The position numbers and the translations under genes are program-made. Shown here one piece after another: positions 11,680-24,755 of a stretch of 64,000 nt of DNA (the stretch's first letter is position 1; each line of letters begins with the position of its first letter). The stretch covers positions 26,600,001 through 26,664,000 of the forward strand of contig NC_087437.1 in the NCBI RefSeq assembly GCF_036321535.1. The letters run 5' to 3'. Source of the DNA: Camelus dromedarius (lineage: Eukaryota). The notes beneath the pieces were generated by a model. The model saw only the letters and a list, made by a program, of their open reading frames with translations. It did no database searches and had not been told where the DNA came from.

Positions 11680-12710
11680 TTTCAGAGATCTGTGACCTGC
11701 TCCAATCTGGCCACAGATGTTGGCCTTGGACTTCCCCTCCCCCTCTTTCTGGGACTTCCCATCACCATTCCCTCACGATGGATTCCTTGTTTCTTTGATT
11801 CAATGGCTTCTTATTTCTTAGCTCATCTCCTATTTTTGCTGGTATATATGTCCTTCAATACTTTCCCAAGAAAGGGTCGATAAGAGTTAAATTTTTGAAT
11901 CCTCTTAGAATTTTGATGGCATCTCTCCATTGCCTTCTAGTATCTAGCATTGCTCTTGATAAAGCTGAAGTCATTTTGATTCTTGGTCCATTAAATGTAA
12001 ACTTGAAAGAAATAACCAGCAGAAGCTTTAAGATCTTTTCTTATCCCTGGGTGTTCTAGAATTTTCAGATGATTTGTCTTAGTTCCTCCCATCCCGTACC
12101 AACCCCACCATGATGGACATCCTGAGGACCAGCTCTTTCCATCTAAAACTCACATCCTTCAATTCTGAAATATTTTTGTATAATTTCCCTCTTCTCTATA
12201 TATATACATATTTTGTTTTCTGTTTCTGAATTAGATGTGGCTATTAGACCTCCTAAGTCATCTCTTATTTTTTCTCTTTTATTGCTTATTTGTTTGCTTC
12301 TTTTCGTTCTACTTGGAGTTGACTGCCTTGCCTTTACCATCTCACTCTTTACTGAAAACTTCCTGTTTGGCTATTACAGTTTTAATCTCGGTGAGCTCCT
12401 CCTTGTTATTTCATTATATCCTTTTTCCCGGGTTTGATTTTTTTTTTAATGAATACAATAGCTTCTTTTCTCCTGGGGGAAATGAATTGTAATTGTTTCA
12501 ATATTTTCTTCTGCTTTCTTTATTATCTCTCACTGGTCTACATTCCTTTAGCCTGTATATTTGTTTTGGGGTCACTTTCTTTCATATTGGAGAATTTTCT
12601 CAATGTCGTTGATCCTTGGCCTCTGTTCATATTTCAGAGGGAGGAATTAAGATGTGTGAAAGCTCTGGGTGTGTGAGCAGTGTGTGGCACCTAGTGGGCT
12701 TCTCTGTAGA
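11680..12710 (-). mobile_element. Old L1M/HAL1-like ORF1 region
   Basis: Minus strand near 11900-11985 reads IKMTSALSRAMLDTRRQWRDAIKIL, resembling L1 ORF1p (IRLTxDFSxxTLxARRxWxxxFKxL). Confidence 0.6.
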
Positions 12711-13874
12711 AGAAAATTGGCAAACTAATAAAAACAATGTCCTGAAATGATTTCCAAGGAAAAATGCAACTCATTCAATATCAAAGATTCATCAACAACG
12801 AACATTTTGCTCATGAAAAAAATAAGTGGGTAGGCACAGAAGGAAATTATTTAATTCTAGAGAACTGTACACTGCAGAGAAAAAGTTGACATAATAAATC
12901 CTGAGTGAAACAGCTCCACAGTTTATAACAAAGTACATGAGCTCTCTTGGCTCTGAACAGATAAACAGAACTCCTTTTAAAGCAATTGTTAACAAAATGA
13001 ATTTGACAGAACATTTTAAAACTTATTGGTGCCTGATGGAAAATTTTGAAAAACATAATTTAGAGAGAGTTCTATGAATATAGTGTACACTTCCTCACAG
13101 TTTCCTTTTTTTCCTTTGTTTTAGCTATCTTACAAAAGTGTTCATTTAAAAGCACTTTGGCTCCTTAAGAGTTCTGTGGGTTATTGAGTTTTTTTTTTTC
13201 AACCTCATGGTTTCATTTTACCAGTAATTAAAACTGCAGTAAACCAAGAAGAGAATGAGAAAAATATTCCTCAAGGCTGTTTTCCCTGTCTTGTTAGCAG
13301 AAAGTCTTCCAAATGGAATATTCTTAAAAGTTTTCCAGGAGATATGGAATTCACTGAGATAAATGCCATCAAAGCCTCATTAATTCACTTTCACATATTT
13401 GCCATTAAGTAATTTTGTCATAATGACCTCATTAATTCATCATTCTTATTTTTCCCCCTTTCCCTATTCTTTTATCATTACTTATTGGCGACCCCAATAT
13501 GCAAAAGTACCTTTGGTCTTTGTTGTTTGCTAGCTCTTCTGTCTGATTTATATGAGGGAAGGAAGCAGAATGTCACACATGGTGAGTGCAAGGCTTCACA
13601 CAGGTGCCTGGAGGGCTCATTGATTAATGAGAGTCTCATTTTGAAGGGAATTACTCAGCTGGCTTTTTACAGCTTGACTCTCTGTCCAATGAGGTAATGG
13701 TAGAAAGTTTTCGCTTGCCTAAGAGACGATTCCTTGCATATTCTAGCAGCAAGGAGCTGAGGGTTGCAATTTCCCTTGTAAGATACAATGTGAAATATTA
13801 AAATGGAGAAAGCACAGCCAGCAGACAAATTGAAGTGGCAGGGGAGCTAAGCACAGCTGAGGACAAAAGTCATC

Positions 13875-14032
13875 CTGGTTCAGAGTGCTCTTAGCTGTGC
13901 CTTAGACTCACTGGGGGAGATTTTAAACAAACACCCACAGGCAGGCTCCATTCCAGAACGGCCTGAGAATTCTGCATATTTTAAAGTTTCCCAGGTGATT
14001 CTGGTCATTGTGAGGGTGGAGAACCACTGCAT
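13875..14032. mobile_element. MER5-like hAT-Charlie MITE
   Basis: ttcccaggtgattct...ggagaaccactg terminus. Confidence 0.65.
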
Positions 14033-15924
14033 ACTAGGACAAGATGCACGGTGAACAGGAATCACTAAGTTCTCTCTGCCTTCCCAACTCTGGGTCAGAC
14101 ACAGCACGGGAGAAGATGCAAGACATAGAAGGCATGGCTCTCCAGAGCTTTTCTAACCTCTGAGAAACACAAGTGAAGATAATAGAGCAGCATAAGGCAA
14201 AGCAGAGTCAGGCGGGTGCTATACCCACAAGGATTCTGGAAAGGAAGACCCCTATGTGTGCGGATAGTGAAGGGGTTTTGCAGGGGAAGTACTGAGTTAT
14301 TGCTTCGCTGCAGGTGAGACAGAAAGCAAGGGAAGGAGTATGCTTGTGGTGTGTAAATAGCCCGCAGACTGTCCCAGGGCTGCAATGAGGAGTGCCCTGC
14401 TCTGCCCCCATCACCACCCTCCACCATGTGCTTTATATCAGCCTTTACTGTCCCTCCTCAGAGAAGTATTGATTCAGATGAAGAAACTGGGCCTCTGAGA
14501 TTTAAGGAACCTGCTCCGTATCTAGTCTCCTCTCCTGCCAGAGCCTTCAGGCTACACATCCAGGTGACCTGGTCCTGAGAGACCAAGGAGGAAGCGGGGA
14601 AACACCTGTTACCTGCAGCTGTGACACCAGGCAGGGAGAGTCTGCAGGGTCAAGGTGGAGAAGCAGGATCAAACTGGCCTTTAATGCCAGAGAATCTGGG
14701 GCCCTTGTCAGGAACCCAGGTCAAGGTGAAGAGGCTCAGAAGCCAGGGCCACAAGAACGAGGGAAAAGGTCAGGAACTGACCTAAGACAGCACCAGAGAC
14801 AGGCAGCCCTTCCTACAGCCAGCCATTTCTGTGCTCCTGGAGGCAGGCTTAGGCATGAAGCAGGGTGTTCTGACATGGCCCTCTGGATGCCACAGATACT
14901 TTGCAACTTAAAAAAAAAAGCATTCAGGGTTTTTATATTGTTATGCAAAAATAGTATATAATATTATTTTGAAGCAACACGCACTTCAGCCTGTCTCACC
15001 CCCTACCTGGCCCCCAGAGCTGTAAGGAGACATGTTGGCACCTGGGGCAAACAGCAGGAGATGTTCTCCTCCAAATCGACTTTATAATCATGATAAGGCT
15101 CACAGATGGGCATTATTAACAGCGCACACCATCTGGCGGCTTCCCGCTTTACACCGTTACTCTTGCTAAATAGATGTTAAGCTTTCAAAGTCATTATTTA
15201 CAATTTTTGTGTCCTCTAAATCTCAGTGTCTTAGATCCAAGCCTTTTCCCATGCTTGACCCCTGGGCCACCCTCCTCCAGCCAGTGTGGCTTGGGCATGG
15301 GGTGAGGGTATGTTGTGTACATACGTTGGAATGAAACAGCTAAGGGTTTCATGGTTTGCTTCTTAGGCTCATGAAAAAATGTAAAAGTGCTAATTAATGT
15401 TCATGGTGTCCAAGAGGCCATGTCCAAACAGTATAGATCCTTTGTGTGATGTGATGAGTCCCCTTTAAGAACTCAGGAGGGTCAGGAGATTCATGCAATC
15501 AAAGCAACCAAGTGGCAGATGTGATTTGAATTTAGTGTGATTCCCAAGCTAAAATGTCCTTTCCACCATATTATACCCTGGCTACCCAGACACCGTGTGC
15601 ACTGCAGAGACATCAGCTGTAAACCTGGCCCTCCAGAAGCTTTCACCATAGCTGTACTGACAGGGCTGGAATATATGAGTATAAATAATGATTCCTTGTT
15701 GGCATCTGATTAAAGCCAAACAAGATGACAGGACATTAAGTGCTGAAGTAGACCAATTCACCAGCAATTCTTTTTGAAACTTTGATCTAGATTATTCAAG
15801 ATCGAATATTCATTTCTATGATTTATTTTTTTAATCTTTGCATTTTCTGAACAGGTATTACAGGCACATGGCAAAATATTTGAAGGATACAAAAGGATAT
15901 ACAGTGATTAGTAAGTTTCCCATC

Positions 15925-16320
15925 TTTCTCAGTCAGGATCCTGGCAGAAAACAAAATTCACCTCCAGAAGGTTCACGTTCAGAGATGTTAATAAAAGGAC
16001 CAGTCACAGAGGTGTGGGTAGGTTAAGGGGATAAAAAAGGGACGTGGGGGAATGGTGTTAGTGGGCCCAGTGAGAACTGGGGTTGTCCGTGTTCCAGATG
16101 CTGTACCAAACCGGGGAGAGAGTATGCAGGAAATCTCTCAATCTGCCTCTCTTCCCACCCCCAGGTCAGCTGCTGGTGCCTCCGCATTGGCCAAATCTAA
16201 GAGGAAATCAACCATCAAGGGAAACTGGATGATGGAGGCTGTGGAGGACAGACTCTCTGAAAGGAACAGAGCAGAGAAGGAAAATGATCTAAGGAGGTGT
16301 TGGGGTTGGGTATAGACCCA
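15925..16320 (-). mobile_element. ERVL-type solo LTR (LTR33/LTR41-like), degenerate
   Basis: ctcagtcaggatcctggcagaaaaca...ctccgcattggccaaatctaagaggaaatc. Confidence 0.45.
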
Positions 16321-16554
16321 GAGAACAATCAACAAAGCACCCGACCCCCAACCCCACCTCCCTGACAACAATTGTTTGTGTTTTTTTTAAATAACCATCC
16401 AGAAATAGCCTATGCATGTACAAGCTGCAAATGTACATGCCAACTCATTTCTGCATAAGTAGTACTGAACTCTTCCCCTAGCTTTTTAGTCTTAGATTTG
16501 GGCCCCTCTAGTAACCATGGAACTACCTTGTTTTTGGAGACCAGAAGTTCTAAA

Positions 16555-16705
16555 AGCGTGGTCTCCAGACAGGCAGCAATGACATCACCAGGGAACTTGT
16601 TAGAAATGCAAATAAATTAGAAACTCTGGGAATGAGGCCCAGCAATGTGTGTCTTAACACGCTCTGTGGATCATTCTGATGCCCACTACATTTCGAGAAC
16701 CAGAG
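16555..16705. mobile_element. MER5A
   Basis: catcaccagggaacttgttagaaatgcaaa..gaaactctgggaatgaggcccagcaatgtgtg. Confidence 0.8.
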
Positions 16706-17379
16706 TTCTAGGCTTTCTGAATGAGGCTGGCTTCAACTGATCAAGACTTCTGGCTGCTTACAGGTCAATGTACCTGAGGAATCAGTGGACAGAGAGCCAC
16801 ATTATCAGGCTCTCAAGGCCATGGCTTTCCACCGGACCCACCGGTAAGAAAACAAAAGGCATTAAGTATTGATTCAGTATCTGATAACAGTTCTCAGTAC
16901 AAACCAGAACCCCCAGACAGCATGGAAAGAGGAGGCTCACTCTCTTCCTCCTGCACATCCCCTGCTCTCTCTTTTTGTATATTTAGTTCTTTGGACGCAG
17001 GCACTGTGTTTCAATGTTTGGTTGAGTATGTGATGCAATACAAGCTAAATATAATCATGGAGACGCACAATCACCACATGCTTAGGGTTGGCATCTGCTT
17101 GGAATCCACAGCCATGAGACTCACTACCTGCCCTAGTCCCTTAGGGCACTGACTCCCTCAGAAGGGCCCTGCCAGGCACCGCTCAGCCATTGTTCAATGT
17201 GGCTCAAACACTTACAGCCTATTAGGCAATGGCCCACATGGAAGATGGACAACTTGTCCGTTGGAAACCTGCAAACCAGCCTGAGTCTTGGGAGGCACTT
17301 ACTAGCATTGTGACCCTAAGACTCTCCATGTGCCTTGGTTCCCCATCTGTAGAATGATAGTGATAGAAAAGGCGGGGCC

Positions 17380-17447
17380 CCTGGTTTGCACAACTCCAGG
17401 GAGCACCATTCAGGCAGAGTATGGTGTGAGTAGTGCCCCCTGGAGGG
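17380..17447. mobile_element. MER91A-like palindromic hAT-Tip100 MITE core containing a CTCF-like motif
   Basis: tgcacaactccagggagcaccattca...gtgagtagtgccccctggag, an internal palindrome like MER91A. Confidence 0.65.
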
Positions 17448-18134
17448 TGAGGGTTGAATGAATGATTAAACAAGAACCCCCTTTCCCGGTGCCTGCTACA
17501 GGGTGGAAAGTGCACTTTGAGTCAGGCAGTCTGGGGTTGAGTCTGGGGTCCCTTTCTTACTGAAAATTTTGTGACTCAGGCAACTTCTTTCAACTAGAGT
17601 TATCTCTTTGATGCATCACCAAGAGCAGTGGCTGACACATAATATTTATGGTATGTAGTATTTGTTAAAAGAATGAATGTACATTTATGACTTACTTGCT
17701 CTGTATAATGGGGACAATAATATAATTTACCTCATAGGGATAAATTAAGATGAATTGAGAGTTGAATATTTTAACGAATATTTTAAAAGGTCTGGCACAA
17801 AAGAAGGAATTCATTATATGTAGTAGTAACAACCATATACCAGGAAATAATTTGAAGACATTACAAAGGTTTTGAACATGGAGTAGCATGTCCTGAGTCA
17901 GACTCCAGAAACAGAACTGTTCTAGATTATTCGAGATTGAATTTTCATTTCTATAAGAAACTGCAAAACCAAGGAAGAGAGAGAAAAACATGATGGTGGG
18001 TGCATGAGCCTGGCTGTATATTAGATTCACATGGGGAGCTTCTAGAAATTGGGTCAGGGGTCTTGAGCACATGTATTTTTTTTAACTGCTTCCTGTGATT
18101 CTAATGTGTAACTGAGAGGGAGAACTCTGACTTA

Positions 18135-18372
18135 TGGGCACCTACTGCAAGCCAAGTTTTGTGTTAGATGTCAGACAAATACCATCTCCTTTAGTCTTCA
18201 CAACAACACTACGTATTAGATATTTTATCCCCATTTCACAGGTGAGGAAATAAAGGATCAGAGACTAAAGAAAATCTCCAACGTCACAAACCAGCGTGAG
18301 GGTCCTAGCATGGAAACCTTACCCAGGGCCATCTGACTTTGAAGCTAGCACTCTTTTCGCTGCTTTGCACTA
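18135..18372 (-). mobile_element. MIR SINE
   Basis: atccccatttcacaggtgaggaaa..atctgactttgaagc. Confidence 0.75.
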
Positions 18373-19670
18373 CCTCTGGATGGAACCTTTAAGAAGGGTA
18401 TCAGAAGAGGGCATTAGGCCATGGGGAAAGAGACATGGGAAGGCCCAGGGACCAGCTGAAGTCTGGTCATGGGGATAAGGCATAGCAGTGTTGCCAGAAT
18501 GGGGAGCTGAGGTCCTGAGTGGCCCACGTCATTTCTCACCGGTCCCGCGTTGGGCTGAGGCTGGGCTTGCGGAGGGCTCGCTGGCCTCTGCTTACAGGCA
18601 GAGCCCAGCAAGGTTGGAGAGTGTCAATGGGTCATTTATAGCCAAAAATGTGGGAGCTGTTTTCCTTTCAAAATAAATGATATTTCTTGGTAAAATGCCA
18701 AGGAAATTTCTGAAAGTGTCAGAAATGGAGTATCTAACTGTATTTCTAGCTAAGAAAGATTGGTCTTGTGGCAGTAAATGACAGCTCCCTAAGTGAACCA
18801 AATCCAGAATGCTCACAAAATGTCAGAGTTTGCATCCAAGACAAACCAGCCCTCTTACACATCTGTAATTGTGACATGGACTCAATTCTCTGTGGGTCTA
18901 GAGACTGAATTTTCACTATGAACACTGCTATCCCATAACTAACTATAAAACTTGAAACCCAAAGCTTGGATGGCAACAAACCCAATGTTTTTGTTCATCT
19001 ATAAGAGAATCATATTTTTCCCCCTTAAAACAACATTCAAAAGTGACTGGGGGCAGTGGGTGGGGAAATAGCACTTTTTTTGGCTACAAATTCGGTTTGT
19101 TTGGTTCTCCTGGGCCCAAGCCACACATTGAGTTGGTCAGCCAAGGCATATTTCAACAATTGGACAGTCAAATATCTAGACCTCGGGAAATAAAATATCT
19201 GCACAGTTAACTTAATAATCGTATGAGCAGTATGGACTACCCATGTTTTTTTAAAACTACCATTAAATTATTGGGAAGTGATCTAATCTCTCTGAGAGTT
19301 TCCTCATCTATAAATGAAAGGGGGTGGGGGTGGGACTTGATGATATGCAGCACAGAATTCCATGCTTCTCTGAAACTATTGATTGAATTGACTCTTTAGG
19401 TCAGAATTTAAAATAATGTTGTTTTTTCAGAAAAATAAGTTATTTTTATTTATTAAAAGCCTGGTTTAATAGAATTATTTCCCCTGTTTTTGGGACTACT
19501 TTGATAGCCTCTTTATATGACAATGATTTTATAATGTATCTGTCTATGTAGGGCTCATAAAGATAATTTAGTCTCTACTCTAGCATGGGTGATAGAAATT
19601 TATTTTTTAAAAAAGAAGCAAATAGCAGCAAAAAAAAATGTTTAGATGATACTAAGAGCGGTAAATGATT

Positions 19671-20079
19671 TTTTTTTAATTCTTATTTTGCATTGAAGTG
19701 TAGTCAATTTACAATGTGTTTCAGGTGTGCAGCAAAGGAGTTCAGATATATATATATATATTTATGTATATATTCAGATTCTTTTCCATTACAGCTCATT
19801 ATAAGAAGTTACATTTCCCTGTGCTATACAGTATGTCCATGTTGTTTATCCATTTTATACACAGTAATGTGTATCTGTTAATCCCAAACTCCTAATCTAT
19901 CCTCCCTGCCCTTTCACCCCTCATAACCACAGTTTGCTTTTTATGTCCATGAGTCTATTTCTGGTTTGTATTTTTTTTTTTTTTTTAGATTCCACATATA
20001 AGCAACATCATATGATACTTGTCTTTCTCTCTCTAACATACTTCACTTAATATCATAATCTCTAGGTCCATCCATGTTG
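19671..20079 (-). mobile_element. L1 3' end with TSD, inserted into a hAT element
   Basis: L1 3'UTR (tagattccacatataagc..ctaggtccatccatgttg). TSD aagagcggtaaatgatt (19654-19670) / aagagcagtaaatgact (20080-20096). Confidence 0.9.
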
Positions 20080-20495
20080 AAGAGCAGTAAATGACTGAGA
20101 GAAAGGCATAAATTTCAGATGAAAGTAAGAAATGAATCTCTGGACAGATTGAAAATAAAATCAATAGAAGTGAAGTATCTGACCACACTAGAAAATATTT
20201 AAATTTCTTGCCAATTTGACACAAAATACAGACATCAACTAAGATAACAAAAACTAATAATATGCCACTACAACTTGAGTGTCGGCAACCAACTATTAAT
20301 GGGGGTCATTAAGGAGTATTTAAGATTAGTCGCTACCCAAGAAAACTTGAAATGCTCTGAAATTTTATAGCTAATATATGAAAGAAACTCAGGAGAGAAT
20401 TTCCCAAATTTGATAACAATCCTAAAAATATACCTGACATTACCTTTAATGAGGTATAAAACTTAAAGAAAAATTTCCAAGCCATCTAAAATCAT
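20080..20495 (+). mobile_element. hAT-Tip100 (Zaphod-like) transposase remnant; probably continues left of the L1 at about 19400-19670
   Basis: From 20398 it translates NFPNLITILKIYLTLPL, resembling the hAT C-terminal dimerisation motif FPNLxxxLxIYLTLP..ERxFSKL. Confidence 0.6.
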
Positions 20496-20879
20496 GTTTC
20501 TTAAATTAAGGACTGAGCTCCAAAGTAGGGCATAAATATTGTGTATTAGAAACAGCAGAGCCTTAAGAGCCAGCCAAACATACATACAGATCCTAGGATG
20601 TTCTGCCACTTCCCATGGGAACCATCCCTTTGAGCCTCAGGTTTCTCCTCTGTAAAATGGGAATAAGTGATAGTTACAGTGTCGAGCTATTGTGAGGATT
20701 AAAGGAGAGACTACTTAAATAGCACAGTGGTGCATAGTAGATGTCATGATGGTTATCCTGATTAGTGAGAGGGTCCGACTTCCTCAAACACCAGCATTCT
20801 CACTCTACTACACACTACTTGCATTTCGAAGATAAGCAATTATGTTGATTGCTTGTTGACGATAAGCAACTATGTTGAT

Positions 20880-21071
20880 TCTTGTAGCAAATCCCATGGC
20901 AGTTTTAAAGTTGAGCTGCTGTAGTAAATAACTGGGCATTCTTGATACTTAAACATGGAATATGTGCACAGGGAAAGGAAGTAACATTGCACTTTATGAG
21001 CACTGTATTGTAAGTGGAAATTGCAATGTCTTAAGTAAAACTGTATTTAAAATTGGCACCAAAAAAAAAAA
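20880..21071 (+). pseudogene. HSPA8: 5'-truncated processed pseudogene: HSPA8 (HSC70) 3'UTR end plus poly(A)
   Basis: Recognised from memory of the HSPA8 3'UTR: gtagcaaat..tggcagttttaaa..gctgct..agtaa..actgggcattct..atactt..atggaa..atgcacaggg.aaggaa.taacattgcacttta..cactgtattgtaagtggaaa.tgcaatgtctta..taaaact..tttaaaattggcacc, followed by A11 (21061-21071). Confidence 0.85.
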
Positions 21072-21836
21072 GTCATGTAGAATAACATCCCTATGTTGAA
21101 TGTATGCTTCTTACCGAGGTTTAGGGGGCTTATAACACCCCTTCCTTCCTCTTCCAAACCAACTGAGAGGTAGATGCGAAGTCACACACGTTGGAGATCA
21201 AAGTGATATTTTGCTACTTAGAAAGTTGGCTTGGAGGACATAGCTTAAGTGTGTCGCTCATGGATCCTGACACCCCACCTTATTTAAGACTCTGCACGGT
21301 TTCCCCGGACGGGCTGCACCGCCACCGCAGGCCATCCCCACAGGGACCCGCTTCTCTAAGTTCACGGGTGCGGTTGCTGGGTGAGCCTCCCGCAGTAGCC
21401 GGGAGCACTGGGCTGAGTATGTTCAATTCCTTCTCCTAAATGTACCGTTTCTGGTAAGTCTGTTAAGCCGAAGGAGGAGAGAGTGAGGGACAAAAAAAGC
21501 TCCTGGAAGAGAAACTCACAAACTTTTTTTTTTTTCTCTTCTCCTGGGAAATGGGGTGGTTCATCCATTCCTTCTATGGAAACCCGAGGGCAGAAGGGGA
21601 GGAAATGTTCCCCCAGCTAACATTTCTTATCTTAGATCTGCATGCTTCATGCTTGTCTGGAACTGTTGGAATGCTTTCTCAAATGAGAGAGTTTTATTCT
21701 CTGCTTTTTAATTCCTTTCAATTGATCTTAGATATGAGAATTTTATTGGGAAAGACTGTACACACAGAAAGATATACAGACAGACAGACAGATGACAGAT
21801 AGAGACAGAGCTACATAGATAACTGACTACAGTGAA

Positions 21837-22374
21837 TGTATTAGTTATCTCTTGTTGGGTAACAAATTACTCCAAGCACTGTGACTTAAAACGACAATAA
21901 ATATTATCTTAACGTAGTTTCTGCTGGTCAAGAATTCAGGAGTGGCTTATCTGAGTGATTCTGGCTCAGAATCTCTCCTGAGACTGTAGTTAAAATGCTT
22001 CCCGGGGGCTGCAGGGCTGTCCTTTGAAGTCCTTTGAAGCTTGCCTAGGGCTGGAAGATTCACTCCCAAGATGAGTTACTCACAAAGCCTTAGGTCGGAA
22101 GCCTCAGTTCCTCGCCCCGAGGATCTCCCCTTAGGGCTGCTTGAGTGTCTTCCTGACATGGCAGCTGGCTTTCCCCAGAATGTGTGATCCAGGAGAAAGC
22201 AAAGCAGAAGCTGCAGTGTCTTTTTTGACCTACCTTTGGCAGCTGTACTTTGTTATTTCTACAAGGTCTCATGAGTTATACAGCCAGCCCTTTTCAAGTG
22301 TGAGGGGCCCCTACAGGTGCACGAAGACTGGGAGGCGGGGATAATTAGGGCCATCTTGGAGGCTGGCTCCCACA
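21837..22374 (-). mobile_element. MaLR solo LTR (MLT1F-like)
   Basis: tgtattagttatct..aacaaattactcc..aattcaggagtggc...ggccatcttggaggctggc.cccaca. Confidence 0.8.
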
Positions 22375-22614
22375 GTCGCTGACTCATGGAAGGCTGGACA
22401 TCGTTGTCTTCTCTTCTAGCAAGAGAATAAGTGAACCCCATCGGAGGTCCTTGAGATGTGCCACAGTTACCTCTTGCTCTCACCCCCAGGTAAAATATTA
22501 CGAATCAGCCTTTTGTGAATATAGGCTGAGAAAAGAAGATGCCAGGCAGGCTAGGACGCCCTTTAGTACACAAATGTGGCTATCTGCGTTTAGGGGGTGG
22601 CACGTGACTCTCAG

Positions 22615-22790
22615 ACGTTATTTTCTGAGCACTTGCTCTGTGCTTGGTATGGTTCACACACAGGATCACACTGCCTCCTTGCCCATGAGGTGGGACTTAT
22701 TCTTATTTCCGTTTTACAGATGCAGCAATTCAGGCTCAGAAAAGGGGAGTAACTTGCCTATAAATGGTGACAAGTTTGATTTGATCTTGG
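22615..22790 (-). mobile_element. MIR SINE followed by a MER5-like MITE (about 22805-22950)
   Basis: gttttacagatgcagcaattcaggctcagaaaaggggagtaacttgcc. Confidence 0.65.
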
Positions 22791-24519
22791 ATCTGTTGAA
22801 CTTTTTTAGTGCTTCTCAAACTAAGACACATCCAAATCGCGGGGGGAGGGGGGGTCCAGTTAAAGTGCAGTCTGTTTCAGTAGGCTTTGAGCAGGGCTGG
22901 GATTCTGCATAGCTAACAAGCTCCCAGTGATGGTGACACTGGTGAGCCAGGGACCTCTGTTAGGTGAGGAGGTGGCAGGAGCCCCTCTGAACAACTCTAC
23001 CAAGGGTGAGGACTTCCCAGCAGCGCAGGACCTGGCACGACTAGCTGTCAAACAAAAGGGAAGACTTCTCTGCAGACAGCAGTCCCCTCTGGAAGCACCT
23101 CACCATAGTGAAATCAGCCGGTGGGCTTATCCCACTCACCTGGGAAGAGGGTGAGGGTTGGTTTGAGGGTCTCTACCAGGAGGCTAGGATTCCCAGCCAT
23201 GCCCTTTCTGAGGCTTCCTTCTTCTGGGGCCACATGCTCCTGTTGAGACTTTCCTTGGAAGTCCCTGAAGGCCACCTGCTTTGGGGGGGTCCATTTGGGA
23301 CCAGGCAGGAAGCCATGTTTCCCAACCTCACCACACTCGGCTTTCTCAGGGAAGGCTTCCAAATTGGGGAAGGGAGCCAGGGTGACAAGATCTGTGTGCA
23401 GGTGTTGGGGCGGCTGAAGAGGCACCCCCAGCTGTGCTGGGGAGCTCTGGTTCTCCCCTCCTTGCTTGTCCTCTGCAACTGTGGCAAGACCAAGCCTCTA
23501 AGTATGTGTAGTATCTCTCAGGGAGACAAGACAATGAGTATTTTTCTTCGCTCATCCATGAAGTTAACATATAATACATTCTTAATTGCACTTAGGAGCA
23601 TTTATTCAATTGTGTATAACTAGTAATTTCAGAAAGGGCCCAATAATACTAATGTTATAGCACACTTGGAGTGCTTCGCTCTAAAATCTCTGAGCGATTC
23701 CTCAGCCTGGCTTTGGGGATGATATTGACACTCAGCTCTGGAAGCAAATCTCCTGAATTCTTGTGGACTCTGTGTCCAGCCTTCATTCACTGACCTTTAG
23801 TTTTCTAAGGCTATGACCTGGCGGTTTACTTTCTTTCATTTTCAGATCATTTCAGTCACCCACCAATGTGATTTCTAAACCATGGGGAGGAACTTGAGAA
23901 TCACGTGTGAGTCACTCTCCATTTCATGGTAAACCTCCTTTCCCTCCGCTGTCACAAAGCCCGAGCCAGGGAGACGTCCTGTTGGGCATAACGGCTGGTC
24001 AGACAGACCCCGCCTGAGCTTTGCCACTTTATCAGCCATATAACCTGGGGGAAATGACATCACTTCCTACATCTTTGATTGCTCATCTGTAAAATGCAGG
24101 ACGAGTTCGCAGGGTTGTTGTGAGAATTAGGTGACACAGTGCATGTAAAGCATTTAGTTCAGCTCCATGGTGCAGGTTCAGTACGTGCCAGTTGTTATTA
24201 TTCAGTGACTTGAGGCTTCCAGTTTTTTAGAAATGATCACATCTTTGGAAATAAGGCAAGGAGATAGATGACCATGTGCCTTTCAATACCATATCGGACT
24301 TAGGCCAAGAAAATAACAAAGCTCTGGGGAGAACCGAGTTTGTTCATGCTGAAAGACAAGTATTTCTACCATTTTCTGAGGCCTTATCTTATGTCTTTGT
24401 CTCCTCTTTGGAGGGGCTGCTCTTTTTAAAAAGTTTCTAAAATTATACTCTCATATTTCTGCACTAACCCCGCTCACCAATTATGGTATTAAAAATTGTC
24501 TTAACTATTTTATAATTAT

Positions 24520-24755
24520 AAAAATGCCCAGCATGATGCTAAGAATTTTTTGTGTGTTCCAATATCGTAATTTCAACTATATACATGATATGTGACATTA
24601 TACTGCCCTGTGTGCCATCATTATTTTGCAGATGATGAAACTGAGGCTCAGGAAATCTTTGTATCTCACCCAAAGTCATAGAGCTTGTGCGTGATGGTGC
24701 CAGAGTCTGAACCCAGGCAGCCCAGGTCTTGAGTGTTGCTTCCTAGCACAGGCCC
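24520..24755 (-). mobile_element. MIR SINE
   Basis: ttttgcagatgatgaaactgaggctcag..ccaaagtcatagagcttgt..tgaacccaggcag. Confidence 0.75.

Noticed and set aside
23108..23623. 171-aa ORF
   Set aside because: Non-ATG start, no recognisable homology, no convincing splice context.
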